In this document: in pieces, positions 8,180-16,716 of the stretch
Layout: each line of letters begins with the position of its first letter
Numbering within the stretch: position 1 is the first letter of the stretch
Assembly: GCA_050010815.1 (NCBI GenBank)
Contig: JBEKKH010000001.1
Location: forward strand, 1 to 62,761
Reading direction: 5' to 3'
DNA: 62,761 bases
Source: Streptosporangiaceae bacterium
Lineage (GTDB): Bacteria; Actinomycetota; Actinomycetes; Streptosporangiales; Streptosporangiaceae
Notes under the pieces: model-generated
Told to the model about the DNA's origin: nothing
Databases searched by the model: none
Seen by the model: only the letters and a program-made list of their open reading frames with translations
Position numbers and translations under genes: made by a program

Positions 8180-10600
8180 TCAGGCGGCCTCGGCCACCGC
8201 CGGCGCGGCCGAGGAGGAGTCGGCCGCCGCGGGCTCAAGCGCGAGCCGCAGCACCTCGCGGACATCGCCCACGGTGTGCACGTCGAGCTTGGAGAGCACC
8301 TCGGCCGGAACGTCGTCCAGGTCCGGCTCGTTCCGCTGCGGGATCAGCACGGTGGACATCCCGGCCCGGTGCGCGGCGAGCAGCTTCTGCTTGACGCCGC
8401 CGATCGGCAGCACCCGCCCGGTCAGGGACACCTCACCGGTCATCGCCACATCGGCCCGTACCGGGCGGCCGGAGAGCAGCGACGCTAGCGCGGTGGTCAT
8501 CGTGACGCCCGCGCTCGGCCCGTCCTTGGGCACCGCGCCGGCCGGCACGTGGACGTGCACGCCGCGGTCCTTCAACTCGCTGACCGGAAGGCCGAGCTCG
8601 TCACCATGCGAGCGCAGGTAGGACAGCGCGATCCGGGCCGATTCCTTCATCACGTCGCCGAGCTGGCCGGTCAGCGTGACCCCGGTCTCGCCGGTCTCCC
8701 GGCCGGCCAGGGACGCCTCGATGAACAGCACATCCCCGCCCGCGCCGGTTACCGCGAGTCCCGTCGCCACACCGGGCACGGCCGTCCTGCGGTCGGGCCC
8801 GGCCAGGCTCGTCTCCGGCGTGAACCGGGGACGGCCCAGGTAGTCGCGCAGCTCGGCCACGCCGACGGTCACGGGCAGGGTGATCTCGTCCAGAGCCACC
8901 CGGGCCGCGACCTTGCGCAGGATGCGGGCGACGGACCGTTCCAGCGACCGCACCCCCGCTTCCCTGGTGTACTCGGCCGCCACCAGCCGCAGCGCGTCCT
9001 CGCTGACGGACAGCTCCTCCACGTTCAAGCCGGCCTTGGACAGCTGCCTGGGTAGCAGGTGATCCCGGGCGATGAGGACCTTCTCGTCCTCGGTGTACCC
9101 GTCGAGTGAGACCAGTTCCATCCGGTCGAGCAGCGGGCCGGGAATCGAGTCGAGCACGTTCGCCGTGGCCAGGAACACCACGTCGGACAGGTCGAGCTCA
9201 ACCTCGAGGTAGTGGTCGCGGAACGTGTGGTTCTGCGCCGGGTCAAGCACCTCGAGGAGCGCCGACGCGGGATCGCCGCGGTAGTCGGCACCGATCTTGT
9301 CCACCTCGTCGAGCAGCACGACCGGGTTCATCGAGCCCGCTTCGCGGATGGCGCGGACGATCCGGCCAGGCAGGGCCCCGACGTAGGTGCGCCGGTGCCC
9401 GCGGATTTCCGCCTCGTCCCTGACGCCGCCCAGGGCCACCCGGACGAACTTGCGGTCCATGGCCCGGGCCACCGATTCACCGAGCGAGGTCTTGCCGACG
9501 CCGGGCGGCCCCACCAGGGCGAGCACGGCACCGGAGCGGCGGCCGCCGACGACACCCAGGCCGCGGTCGGCACGGCGCTTGCGCACCGCGAGGTACTCGA
9601 TGATGCGTTCCTTGACGTCGTCCAGCCCGGTGTGGTCCTCATCCAGGATGCGCCGCGCGTCGGCGATGTCGTAGGCGTCCTCGGTCCGCGCGTTCCACGG
9701 GATGTCTAGGACGGTGTCCAGCCAGGTCCGGATCCAGCCGATCTCGGGAGACGCGTCGGGAGTCCGTTCGAGCTTGGCCACTTCCTTCAGCGCGGCCTCC
9801 CGGACCGGCTCCGGAAGCTCGGCGGCTTCCACCCGGGCCCGGTAGTCGTCCTCCTCGGTGGCCGCGTCGCCGTTCAGGTCGGCGAGTTCCTTGCGCACCG
9901 CGGCGAGCTGCTGGCGCAGCAGGAATTCCTTCTGCTGCTTCTCCATGCCCTCGGACACGTCCTTGCGGATGGACTCGGCCACGTCGAGCTCGGCGAGGTG
10001 TTCCCGGGTCCAGCCGATGGCGAGTTCCAGGCGCTCGACCAGATCAGAGGTCTCGAGCAGCTGCAACTTCTGCACCGAGGTCAGATAGCTGGAGTACCCG
10101 GCCCGGTCCGCGATGGCTGACGCGTCGTCGAGCTGCTGAATCATGTCGATGACCTGCCATGCCCCGCGTTGCTGCAGGATCGAAGTCAGCAGGGACTTGT
10201 ACTGCTTGGCCAGTTCGTCGGCCCGCGGGCCGCGGCTGGTCTCCTCTATCACGGTGCCCTGTACCCACAGCGCCGCGCCGGGTCCGGTGGTACCCGAGCC
10301 GATCTTGACCCGGACGACGCCGCGGAGCACCGCGCCAGGCTGTCCGCCGGGCAGGCGTCCGACCTGCTCAACCTCAGCCAGCGTGCCGACGCCGGCCAGT
10401 CCGCGGTCGGGCAGCCGGGGCACGAGGAGCACCCGCGCCTTAACTTCTGAACGCACGCCGGGAACCTGCTGGGACGGCAGCCGCGCCGCGTCGATGGCGG
10501 CACCGACCTCTGCTTGTGATGTCTCTAGCGGCACCACCATCCCGGGCAGCACCACCTCGTCGTCCAGCGGCAGCACCGGCAGCGTGAGCGTTTCACTCAT
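8180..10600 (-). CDS. lon: ATP-dependent Lon protease (endopeptidase La)
   Basis: LON N-domain, Walker [10 protein letters not shown], and protease motif [15 protein letters not shown]. Confidence 0.95.
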   Translation of the reverse strand: MSETLTLPVLPLDDEVVLPGMVVPLETSQAEVGAAIDAARLPSQQVPGVRSEVKARVLLVPRLPDRGLAGVGTLAEVEQVGRLPGGQPGAVLRGVVRVKIGSGTTGPGAALWVQGTVIEETSRGPRADELAKQYKSLLTSILQQRGAWQVIDMIQQLDDASAIADRAGYSSYLTSVQKLQLLETSDLVERLELAIGWTREHLAELDVAESIRKDVSEGMEKQQKEFLLRQQLAAVRKELADLNGDAATEEDDYRARVEAAELPEPVREAALKEVAKLERTPDASPEIGWIRTWLDTVLDIPWNARTEDAYDIADARRILDEDHTGLDDVKERIIEYLAVRKRRADRGLGVVGGRRSGAVLALVGPPGVGKTSLGESVARAMDRKFVRVALGGVRDEAEIRGHRRTYVGALPGRIVRAIREAGSMNPVVLLDEVDKIGADYRGDPASALLEVLDPAQNHTFRDHYLEVELDLSDVVFLATANVLDSIPGPLLDRMELVSLDGYTEDEKVLIARDHLLPRQLSKAGLNVEELSVSEDALRLVAAEYTREAGVRSLERSVARILRKVAARVALDEITLPVTVGVAELRDYLGRPRFTPETSLAGPDRRTAVPGVATGLAVTGAGGDVLFIEASLAGRETGETGVTLTGQLGDVMKESARIALSYLRSHGDELGLPVSELKDRGVHVHVPAGAVPKDGPSAGVTMTTALASLLSGRPVRADVAMTGEVSLTGRVLPIGGVKQKLLAAHRAGMSTVLIPQRNEPDLDDVPAEVLSKLDVHTVGDVREVLRLALEPAAADSSSAAPAVAEAA

Positions 10601-10615
10601 TGATGGCCTCCAAAA

Positions 10616-10636
10616 CTTGAGTCATACTCACTCAAG
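10616..10636. promoter_or_regulatory. HAIR element (HspR operator) upstream of lon
   Basis: CTTGAGT-CATACTC-ACTCAAG exactly matches CTTGAGT-N7-ACTCAAG, 16 bp upstream of the lon start codon. Confidence 0.85.
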
Positions 10637-10714
10637 AAAGAAGAGCCCGCCGAAATTTCCCTAAAGCGTTCGCCCGCAGCGATCACGCCTGGGTGCCCCG
10701 GGATCTCCCCCGGC

Positions 10715-10750
10715 GGGGCCTATCCCCAGGGGCCCCCGGGGATAGGCCCC
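10715..10750. repeat. Strong GC hairpin
   Basis: GGGGCCTATCCCC-AGGGGCCCCC-GGGGATAGGCCCC has perfect 13-bp arms, and the loop is itself palindromic. Confidence 0.8.
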
Positions 10751-10847
10751 CGCCAGCCCGCGGCCACCTCACGTCGAGCGTTTCCGCAGGTCCAGGTGTC
10801 TCAAGGATCACACTTGCTACGGCAGTAACGCGGCGGGTCAGGTTTGC

Positions 10848-10923
10848 GTGGTGGATCCGGGCTTGGCGGTGGATCCGGTGTACGGGGATGCACCGGATCC
10901 ACCACGGAGCCCGGATCCACCAC
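10848..10923. repeat. Nested inverted repeat built from four copies of a GGATCC-centred 11-mer
   Basis: GTGGTGGATCCGGG..GGTGGATCCGGTG-(10 nt)-CACCGGATCCACC..CCCGGATCCACCAC. The outer and inner arms are both perfect. Confidence 0.85.
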
Positions 10924-11055
10924 AATAGGCGAGCTCTGACAGGCCACGGGCGTACCATCTGCCCCTCCTGGCACAGGCGCCTCGCCTCTTCGTGCGCGGC
11001 GCCGGTTACGTGGGTAGCTCGGGCTGATCGGTGCCGCGGGGATCCTCTCCGGCAC

Positions 11056-11430
11056 TCACTTTGGGATGATGGCGGGCAGCCGCGGCACGGTGCGGAGTGT
11101 TAGTGCCGCCGCGCTTAGCGTGATGAGGCTGGCGGTGATGGCCATGCCGGTGAAGTGGATGGCCTGGGCGATAAACGGACCGGCCACGGCGCCGGCCAGG
11201 GTGGCTGCGGCCTCGCCGGTGAGGAATACGGCGCCGACCCGGCCGAGTGCGGCGTTGGGGATGACTCGCTGCATGGCGGTCTGCGGGATCACCAGTGACA
11301 TGGAGCCGAACATGCCGACGGCGACCGCGGCGGGCAGCGCGGTGGTCAGCGACGATGAGCTGAACAGCAGGAAGTACGCGGCGGCGGTGGCCGTCAGGCT
11401 GGCGGTCAGCAGGTTCCCGGCCTGGAGCAT
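11056..11430 (-). pseudogene. C-terminal fragment (about 4 TM helices) of an MFS transporter
   Basis: The 124-aa ORF contains only hydrophobic helices resembling the last third of an MFS protein. There is no room upstream for the missing N-terminal helices. Confidence 0.55.
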
Positions 11431-11450
11431 AACTGCCGCCCGTCATCCGA

Positions 11451-11467
11451 CTATCCTGTCAGGATAG
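11451..11467. promoter_or_regulatory. Perfect 17-bp palindrome upstream of the XRE regulator (candidate operator)
   Basis: CTATCCTG-T-CAGGATAG lies 38 bp upstream of the ATG at 11505. Confidence 0.4.
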
Positions 11468-11504
11468 CTTTTCAGATTGGCGCTCTGTCAAGATCGGAGT
11501 TCGC

Positions 11505-12011
11505 ATGGGACAGTCAGCGATCGGCCGCGAGCTGCGGGCCCGGCGGACAGCGTCGGGCCGGACCGTGGCATCGGTGGCGGCTGACGCGGGGCTGTCGGTC
11601 CCTTACATCGCCAACCTGGAGAACGGCCGGGGCAACCCGACGACCGCGGCCCTGACCCGGCTGGCCGGAGCCCTGGGCCTGCAGCTAGTCATCACGCTGG
11701 TCCCGGCCGAGGAGGACCAGGAAGCGAGGCCGCCCGGAACGCCCCAGACGCCCGCCTCCCTGGTCCGGCTCGGCCGCACCACCAGGTTCCGGCGGGCGGT
11801 CAAGGTTATCGCCGAAACGGCAGACCTGAATGCCGACGAGCTCTCCGTCCAGCTCGTGGCCGCACTGGCGGCGCTCGCGCACGCCATGGGCAGGGACCTT
11901 GCCGAGCCGGACTGGTGGCGCCTTCTTGACGCCCTGCTGTTGATCGCCGCTCATCCCGCGCCCTTACCGGCCGGAGCGCGTTACCCGCCGGTCAGGAGGA
12001 CGTGCAGCTGA
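11505..12011 (+). CDS. XRE-family helix-turn-helix transcriptional regulator
   Basis: [41 protein letters not shown] is an HTH_3 pattern. Confidence 0.75.
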   Translation: MGQSAIGRELRARRTASGRTVASVAADAGLSVPYIANLENGRGNPTTAALTRLAGALGLQLVITLVPAEEDQEARPPGTPQTPASLVRLGRTTRFRRAVKVIAETADLNADELSVQLVAALAALAHAMGRDLAEPDWWRLLDALLLIAAHPAPLPAGARYPPVRRTCS

Positions 12012-12099
12012 CGCGGGCCGTGCACGCCCTCGACCCGGATCAGCTCGATGTCACTGGTGGCCGAGGGACCCGAGATGAGCGTGTGCGGACGGGCCGGGG
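11981..12099 (-). pseudogene. 3' fragment of a lutC-like (LUD domain) gene
   Basis: The minus strand reads ...[35 protein letters not shown]. About 92 percent DNA identity over 110 bp to 15792-15901. Confidence 0.7.
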
Positions 12100-12369
12100 T
12101 ACGGCGAGTCGTAGGCGTGGCCGCCGGCCACTGCAGCCGCTGGGTCGCCTGGACTTCTACGCTACGTGCCTGGAACCTGACCTGGCGGTCTGCGTGGCGA
12201 CCGGGGACGACCGCCTCTACGCCAACATCCTGCTGACCGTCGGCTTCCTCACGCCGTCGTCCTGAACCACCGCCGGAACAGCTGGACCAGCAGGACTCCC
12301 GGCCGTAAAGGTCGGATCATAGTTACCATATAGCCTCCGTTTCGGGCTTCATATCGACGATATCTTGAT

Positions 12370-12384
12370 ATTGATCGGATCAAT
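12370..12384. promoter_or_regulatory. Perfect palindrome in an AT-rich patch upstream of the amidohydrolase operon
   Basis: ATTGATC-G-GATCAAT. The surrounding 12320-12400 is far below the window GC. Confidence 0.35.
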
Positions 12385-12562
12385 CGGTTAAGCTACGCAG
12401 CGCTGGACGTTAGTTCGGACCTGGTCACACCAAGGGACGCGGCCTCGCCGGACTGGGGCAAGAGCCCTCGCCGGTCACCCCCCGACGGCGTGACGTCATC
12501 GACCGAAATGGGGTTCGTCTCATGCCGCTCGCTGTCGCGCCTGCCCGCGGTGAGGTGCGGAC

Positions 12563-13474
12563 GTGAGCGGAACGGCTGACAGCCATCTTCAGACGGTTGA
12601 CAGCCATGTTCATCTGTGGGATGTCAGGCATACACCGCAGCCGTGGATGACGCAGGAGCACGCGGCCATCGCCCGCCCGTTCGGCCCTGGCGACCTGAAG
12701 CCGCTCCTGGAGCAGGAAGGGATCGACGCCGCCGTCGTCGTGCAGGGAGCATGCCTCGACTCCGACACGGACTATCTCTTCGCCGAGGCAGACCGCTACG
12801 ACTGGATCGCGGCGGTGACCGCCTGGCTCTGCCTGGACCGGCCGGGCCGCGCACGCGAGCGTCTGGACGAGCTTACGGCCAGGCCTAAGTTCCGGGCCGT
12901 CCGGCACCTCGTCCACAACGAGCCGAACGCTCACTGGCTGACCCGCAGTGATGTCAGCGAGAGCCTCGGGCTGCTCGAGGCGAGGGACGTCATCCTGGAG
13001 GTCCCGGTGGTCTTCCCCCGCCACTTCGACGACGTCGCCGCGGTGGCCAGGCGCTTCCCCGCGCTGCGCGTTGTCATCGACCACCTCGGAAAGCCGCCGA
13101 CCGGAACGAGCGAGTTGCCCCGCTGGGAAGCACTGCTCAGGGACGTCGCCAGGCACGAGAACGTGATGGCGAAGATCTCCGGGCTGAATACGACCGTGGC
13201 CCACGCAGGCTGGTCCGCGGCGGACATGAGCCGGCCGGTCGAGGTGGCCCTCGCAAGCTTCGGGCCGGATCGGCTGATGTGTGGCAGCGACTGGCCAGTC
13301 GCACTGCTGAACGGAGATTACGCCCGGGTATGGGACGCTACCCGCACGGCGGTCCAGACCCTAGCGCCAGGCCACGCCGAAGCCCTCCTCGGCTCGAACG
13401 CGCAGCGGATCTACCACCTGGAGATTCCCTCCGGCCGCGGGACGGCCGCTAGGTCAGCTAGGAGCGCGCTGTGA
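12563..13474 (+). CDS. Amidohydrolase-2 family protein (sugar-lactonase-like, for example L-fuconolactonase type)
   Basis: DSHVHLWD metal motif near the N-terminus, later VIDHLGKP and GSDWPV. GTGA overlap with the next gene. Confidence 0.7.
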   Translation: MSGTADSHLQTVDSHVHLWDVRHTPQPWMTQEHAAIARPFGPGDLKPLLEQEGIDAAVVVQGACLDSDTDYLFAEADRYDWIAAVTAWLCLDRPGRARERLDELTARPKFRAVRHLVHNEPNAHWLTRSDVSESLGLLEARDVILEVPVVFPRHFDDVAAVARRFPALRVVIDHLGKPPTGTSELPRWEALLRDVARHENVMAKISGLNTTVAHAGWSAADMSRPVEVALASFGPDRLMCGSDWPVALLNGDYARVWDATRTAVQTLAPGHAEALLGSNAQRIYHLEIPSGRGTAARSARSAL

Positions 13475-14487
13475 CCGCCGTGTACTACCAGGGATCCGGG
13501 CGATTCACCGTCGGGCCGGGCGAGGTCAGGCCGCCGGCCGGCGGCGAGGTCAGGCTCGACGTCGCCTACTGCGGGCTGTGCGGGACAGACCTGCACATCG
13601 GGCGCGGCGCCATGGATACCCGGGTGAAAGCGCCGCAGGTCATCGGACACGAGATGGCCGGGACGATCGCCGAGATCGGAACCGGGGTGAAGGGCCTCGC
13701 CGCGGGTGACAAGGTGGTCGTCCGCCCGCTTGACAGCCGGGGCGAGACAGCGGCGGACAAGGGCATCAGCCACATCTGCCGGGACCTGAAGTTCCTCGGC
13801 ATCGATACCCCCGGGGCTTTCCAGACTTCGTGGACCGTCCCGGCCTTTACGATCCACCGGCTCCCGCCGGATACCGACCTCAAGCTCGCCGCGCTCACTG
13901 AGCCCCTCGCCGTCGCCTGCCACGATGTACGCCGCGCTCGGGTGGCCGCCGGGGAGACGGTCGTCGTGATCGGCGGCGGCCCGATCGGGGTCATGATCAG
14001 CCTGGTGGCCCGCGCGCGGGGCGCCCGGGTCATCGTCAGCGAAACCAACGCCAGCCGCCGCGCCTTCGCGGGAGGTCTCGGGCTCCAGGCCGTCGATCCG
14101 GGCGCAAGCGACCTGGCCCGGATCGTGGACGACGTCACCGGCGGAGCCGGAGCCGACGTGGTCTTCGAGGTCTCCGGCTCCGCCGCCGGGGCCATGACGA
14201 TGACCGGGCTGGCCGGTTTGCGCAGCCGGATCGTGGTCGTGGCGATCTTCTCCACGCCGCCGCCGGTCAGCCTGTTCGACGTCTTCTGGAAGGAGCTCGA
14301 GGTCCTCGGCACGCGAGTTTACGAGCCGGAGGACTACGAGAAAGCGATCGATCTTCTGGCCGGCGGCCGGCTGCCGCTAGCGGACCTGATCACGTCCGTC
14401 GAGCCGCTCCAGCGGATGCCGGCGGCACTGGAACAGCTCGAGCACAATCCCTCGGCCATGAAGATCCTCGTGGATTGCCGGACGTGA
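13471..14487 (+). CDS. Zinc-dependent alcohol/polyol dehydrogenase (MDR family)
   Basis: CGLCGTDLH and GHEMAG zinc motifs, and a Rossmann VVVIGGGPIG. Confidence 0.85.
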   Translation: MTAVYYQGSGRFTVGPGEVRPPAGGEVRLDVAYCGLCGTDLHIGRGAMDTRVKAPQVIGHEMAGTIAEIGTGVKGLAAGDKVVVRPLDSRGETAADKGISHICRDLKFLGIDTPGAFQTSWTVPAFTIHRLPPDTDLKLAALTEPLAVACHDVRRARVAAGETVVVIGGGPIGVMISLVARARGARVIVSETNASRRAFAGGLGLQAVDPGASDLARIVDDVTGGAGADVVFEVSGSAAGAMTMTGLAGLRSRIVVVAIFSTPPPVSLFDVFWKELEVLGTRVYEPEDYEKAIDLLAGGRLPLADLITSVEPLQRMPAALEQLEHNPSAMKILVDCRT

Positions 14488-15263
14488 GCATGATCGGGCC
14501 GGGCAGCCGGTTTGACCTCACGGGCAAGACCGCCCTCGTGACCGGGTGCCGGCGCGGGATCGGCCGGGCCGCCGCGCTGGGACTGGCCGCGTCGGGTGCG
14601 GACATCGTCGGCGTGAGCGCCGCCCTGGAGGAGGACGGCGGCGACGTCGGCGCGCAGGTCCGCGCGTGCGGCCGGGTGTTCACCGGCTACCGCTGCGACT
14701 TCTCCGATCGCGGCGCGGTCCGCCGGCTGGCGGACGATCTCGGCCGGGCCGGCCCGCCGCCGGACATCCTGATCAACAACGCGGGCACGATCGCCCGCAG
14801 GCCCGCCGCCGAGCATCCCGACGACCTGTGGGACCGGGTGCTTGAAGTGAACCTGTCCGCGCAGTTCGTGCTCACCCGCGAACTGGGCCGCGGGATGCTG
14901 GCCCGCGGCACCGGGAAGGTGGTGTTCACCGCCTCCGTGCTGTCGTTCCAGGGAGGCATCAACGTTCCTGGTTACACCGCGAGCAAGAGCGGGCTGCTAG
15001 GGCTGATGAAGGCCTTCGCCAACGAGTGGGCCGCCCAGGGCATCAACGTGAACGCCGTCGCCCCCGGTTACATCAGGACCGATAACACGCAGCCGCTCCA
15101 GGACGATCCCGAACGGTCCGCCGGGATCCTGGCCCGGATCCCGGCCGGGCGCTGGGGTACCCCGGACGATCTCGTCGGCGCGATCATCTTCCTGTCCGGC
15201 AGCGCCTCCGATTACGTGCACGGGACCGTCCTGCCGGTCGATGGCGGCTGGCTGGCCCGGTGA
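14484..15263 (+). CDS. Short-chain dehydrogenase/reductase, KduD / 2-keto-3-deoxy-sugar-acid dehydrogenase-like
   Basis: TGCRRGIG, NNAG and YTASK motifs. The GTG at 14484 overlaps the upstream stop as GTGA. The ORF track gives a TTG at 14475. Confidence 0.85.
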   Translation: MSMIGPGSRFDLTGKTALVTGCRRGIGRAAALGLAASGADIVGVSAALEEDGGDVGAQVRACGRVFTGYRCDFSDRGAVRRLADDLGRAGPPPDILINNAGTIARRPAAEHPDDLWDRVLEVNLSAQFVLTRELGRGMLARGTGKVVFTASVLSFQGGINVPGYTASKSGLLGLMKAFANEWAAQGINVNAVAPGYIRTDNTQPLQDDPERSAGILARIPAGRWGTPDDLVGAIIFLSGSASDYVHGTVLPVDGGWLAR

Positions 15264-15737
15264 TGGCGACGCCCATGGTGCCGCTACCCGAGGCCAGCCC
15301 GGAGGCGGAGCGGCGGATCGTAGCGTGGCTTGCCGCCATCCGGGTGCTGCCGGTGCTGACCGTCACCGACGTGGGGAGGGTCGAGGCCACCTGCCGGGCC
15401 TGGCCGCCGAGGCGATGCAGGCCGCCAGGCAGCACGGGACGGTCGGGTCCGGACCGCCTCGGTCAACGACTGGAGCGGCGTGTGCCGCACCCGCACCTCC
15501 TTCCACGAAGGCCGCCAGATGACGGGACTCGAAATCCTCGACCGGGTCGGCGGCGGCGATTCATTCGTCTCCGGGCTGGCGTACGGGCTTCTGTCTGACC
15601 TCGACGTCGACACCGCCCTGGCTTTCGGCATCGCGCACGGGGCGCTGGCCATGACGACGCCAGGAGATACGTCGATGGTTACGCTCGCCGAGGTACGCCG
15701 GCTCGCGGTCGGCCGGTCTGCTCGCGTGATCCGGTGA
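15260..15737 (+). pseudogene. Decayed remnant: KDPG-aldolase (eda-like) N-terminus fused to internal and C-terminal pieces of a PfkB sugar kinase (kdgK-like)
   Basis: IRVLPVLTVTDVGRVEATCRA is Eda-like. In another frame, LAAEAMQAARQHGTV resembles a kinase middle region. Then ILDRVGGGDSFVSGLAYGLL...AFGIAHGALAMT is a PfkB C-terminal motif. The three pieces are in three frames with no full-length ORF. Confidence 0.65.
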
Positions 15738-15782
15738 GTGCGGGCCTCGTGCGGCCGGCCATCGAGAGTTCCCTGGCGGCCG

Positions 15783-16364
15783 TCAGGCCATGGTCAGCAG
15801 GACGTGCAGGTTGCGCGGGCCGTGCACGCCCTCGACCCGGATCAGCTCGATGTCGCTGGTGGCCGAGGGGCCGGAGATGAGCGTGTGCGGGCGGGCCGGG
15901 TCGAGCCGGGCGAACGCGTCGGCCAGGTCCGCGGCGACCTGATCGCCGCGGACGATCACCAGGTGGAAGTCGGGCATCAGGGTCAGCGCGCGGCGGCCCT
16001 GGCCGGGACCGTGATCCAGGATGATCGTGCCGGTCTCGGCGATCGCGACCGCGCAGCCGGTGAGCACGCCCGCCGCGTCTCCCGCCTCGGCGGCCAGCGC
16101 CGGGAAATACTCGCGGACCATCGAGGCGCACGAGGCCGAGGGGGTGACCACCGCCTCGAAGCCGCCGAACGCCTTGACGAACCCGCGGGCCATCGGCGTA
16201 GCCTCGCGCCGGTAGCCGGTGTTGAAGTGCATCTGGCCGCAGCAGGTCTGGGCCGCGGGGTACTCCACCTGGTGGCCAAGCCGTTCGAGCACGGCCACCA
16301 CGGCCTGGCCGGTGCCGGGGTACAGCGTGTCAGTCAGGCAGGTCACGAACAAGCCGATTCGCAT
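15783..16364 (-). pseudogene. In-frame chimera: LutA-like N-terminus (CCG domain) joined to a LutC-like C-terminus (LUD domain)
   Basis: MRIGLFVTCLTDTLYP...AAQTCCGQMHFNTGY is LutA-type. AIAETGTIILD...[29 protein letters not shown] is LutC-type. The rest of lutA, all of lutB and the lutC 5' part are absent. Confidence 0.6.
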
Positions 16365-16565
16365 CAGCGCCTCCGTTGGCTAACGCTACAAGACACGTTC
16401 CGGGCGACGGGATCCGCCCCCGGATACATCGGACCTTTCCGGATGTCACGCCCGCGCCACGAGAAGCACAGACCCCGTCCCGGGCCCGTACCGTGTCGCA
16501 GCGGCCGATGAGCAGCCCAGGCGGCTCGATGAGCCGCAAAGATCGGATGACATAGACGTATCTGT

Positions 16566-16576
16566 TTGGTATCAGC
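16566..16576 (+). promoter_or_regulatory. TTGGTATCAGC motif (candidate GntR/FadR-type operator) upstream of the sugar ABC operon
   Basis: The same 11-mer recurs upstream of the GntR gene (23778-23788, minus) and at 28796-28806 (minus). Confidence 0.4.
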
Positions 16577-16600
16577 CAGGCAATGCCGGGCTTAAGTCCA

Positions 16601-16630
16601 TTGACACCACACATACATCCGATCTATTTT
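16601..16630 (+). promoter_or_regulatory. Sigma-70-like promoter candidate for the sugar ABC operon
   Basis: TTGACA, an 18-nt spacer, then TATTTT, about 90 bp upstream of the ATG at 16717 in a low-GC patch. Confidence 0.4.
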
Positions 16631-16716
16631 CCTGACACACGGCACTCCGAGTATCTGTCCCGCCGCCCGCACCGACGCGCGCCGCGGACCCGGAGAGCGC
16701 CACCAGGAGGTTTCCC

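Noticed and set aside
12002-12265. 87-aa plus-strand ORF after the XRE gene
   Set aside because: Its 5' half is the antisense of the lutC stub. Only the last 35 codons or so (..[19 protein letters not shown]..) look coding, so it is at best another unidentifiable fragment.
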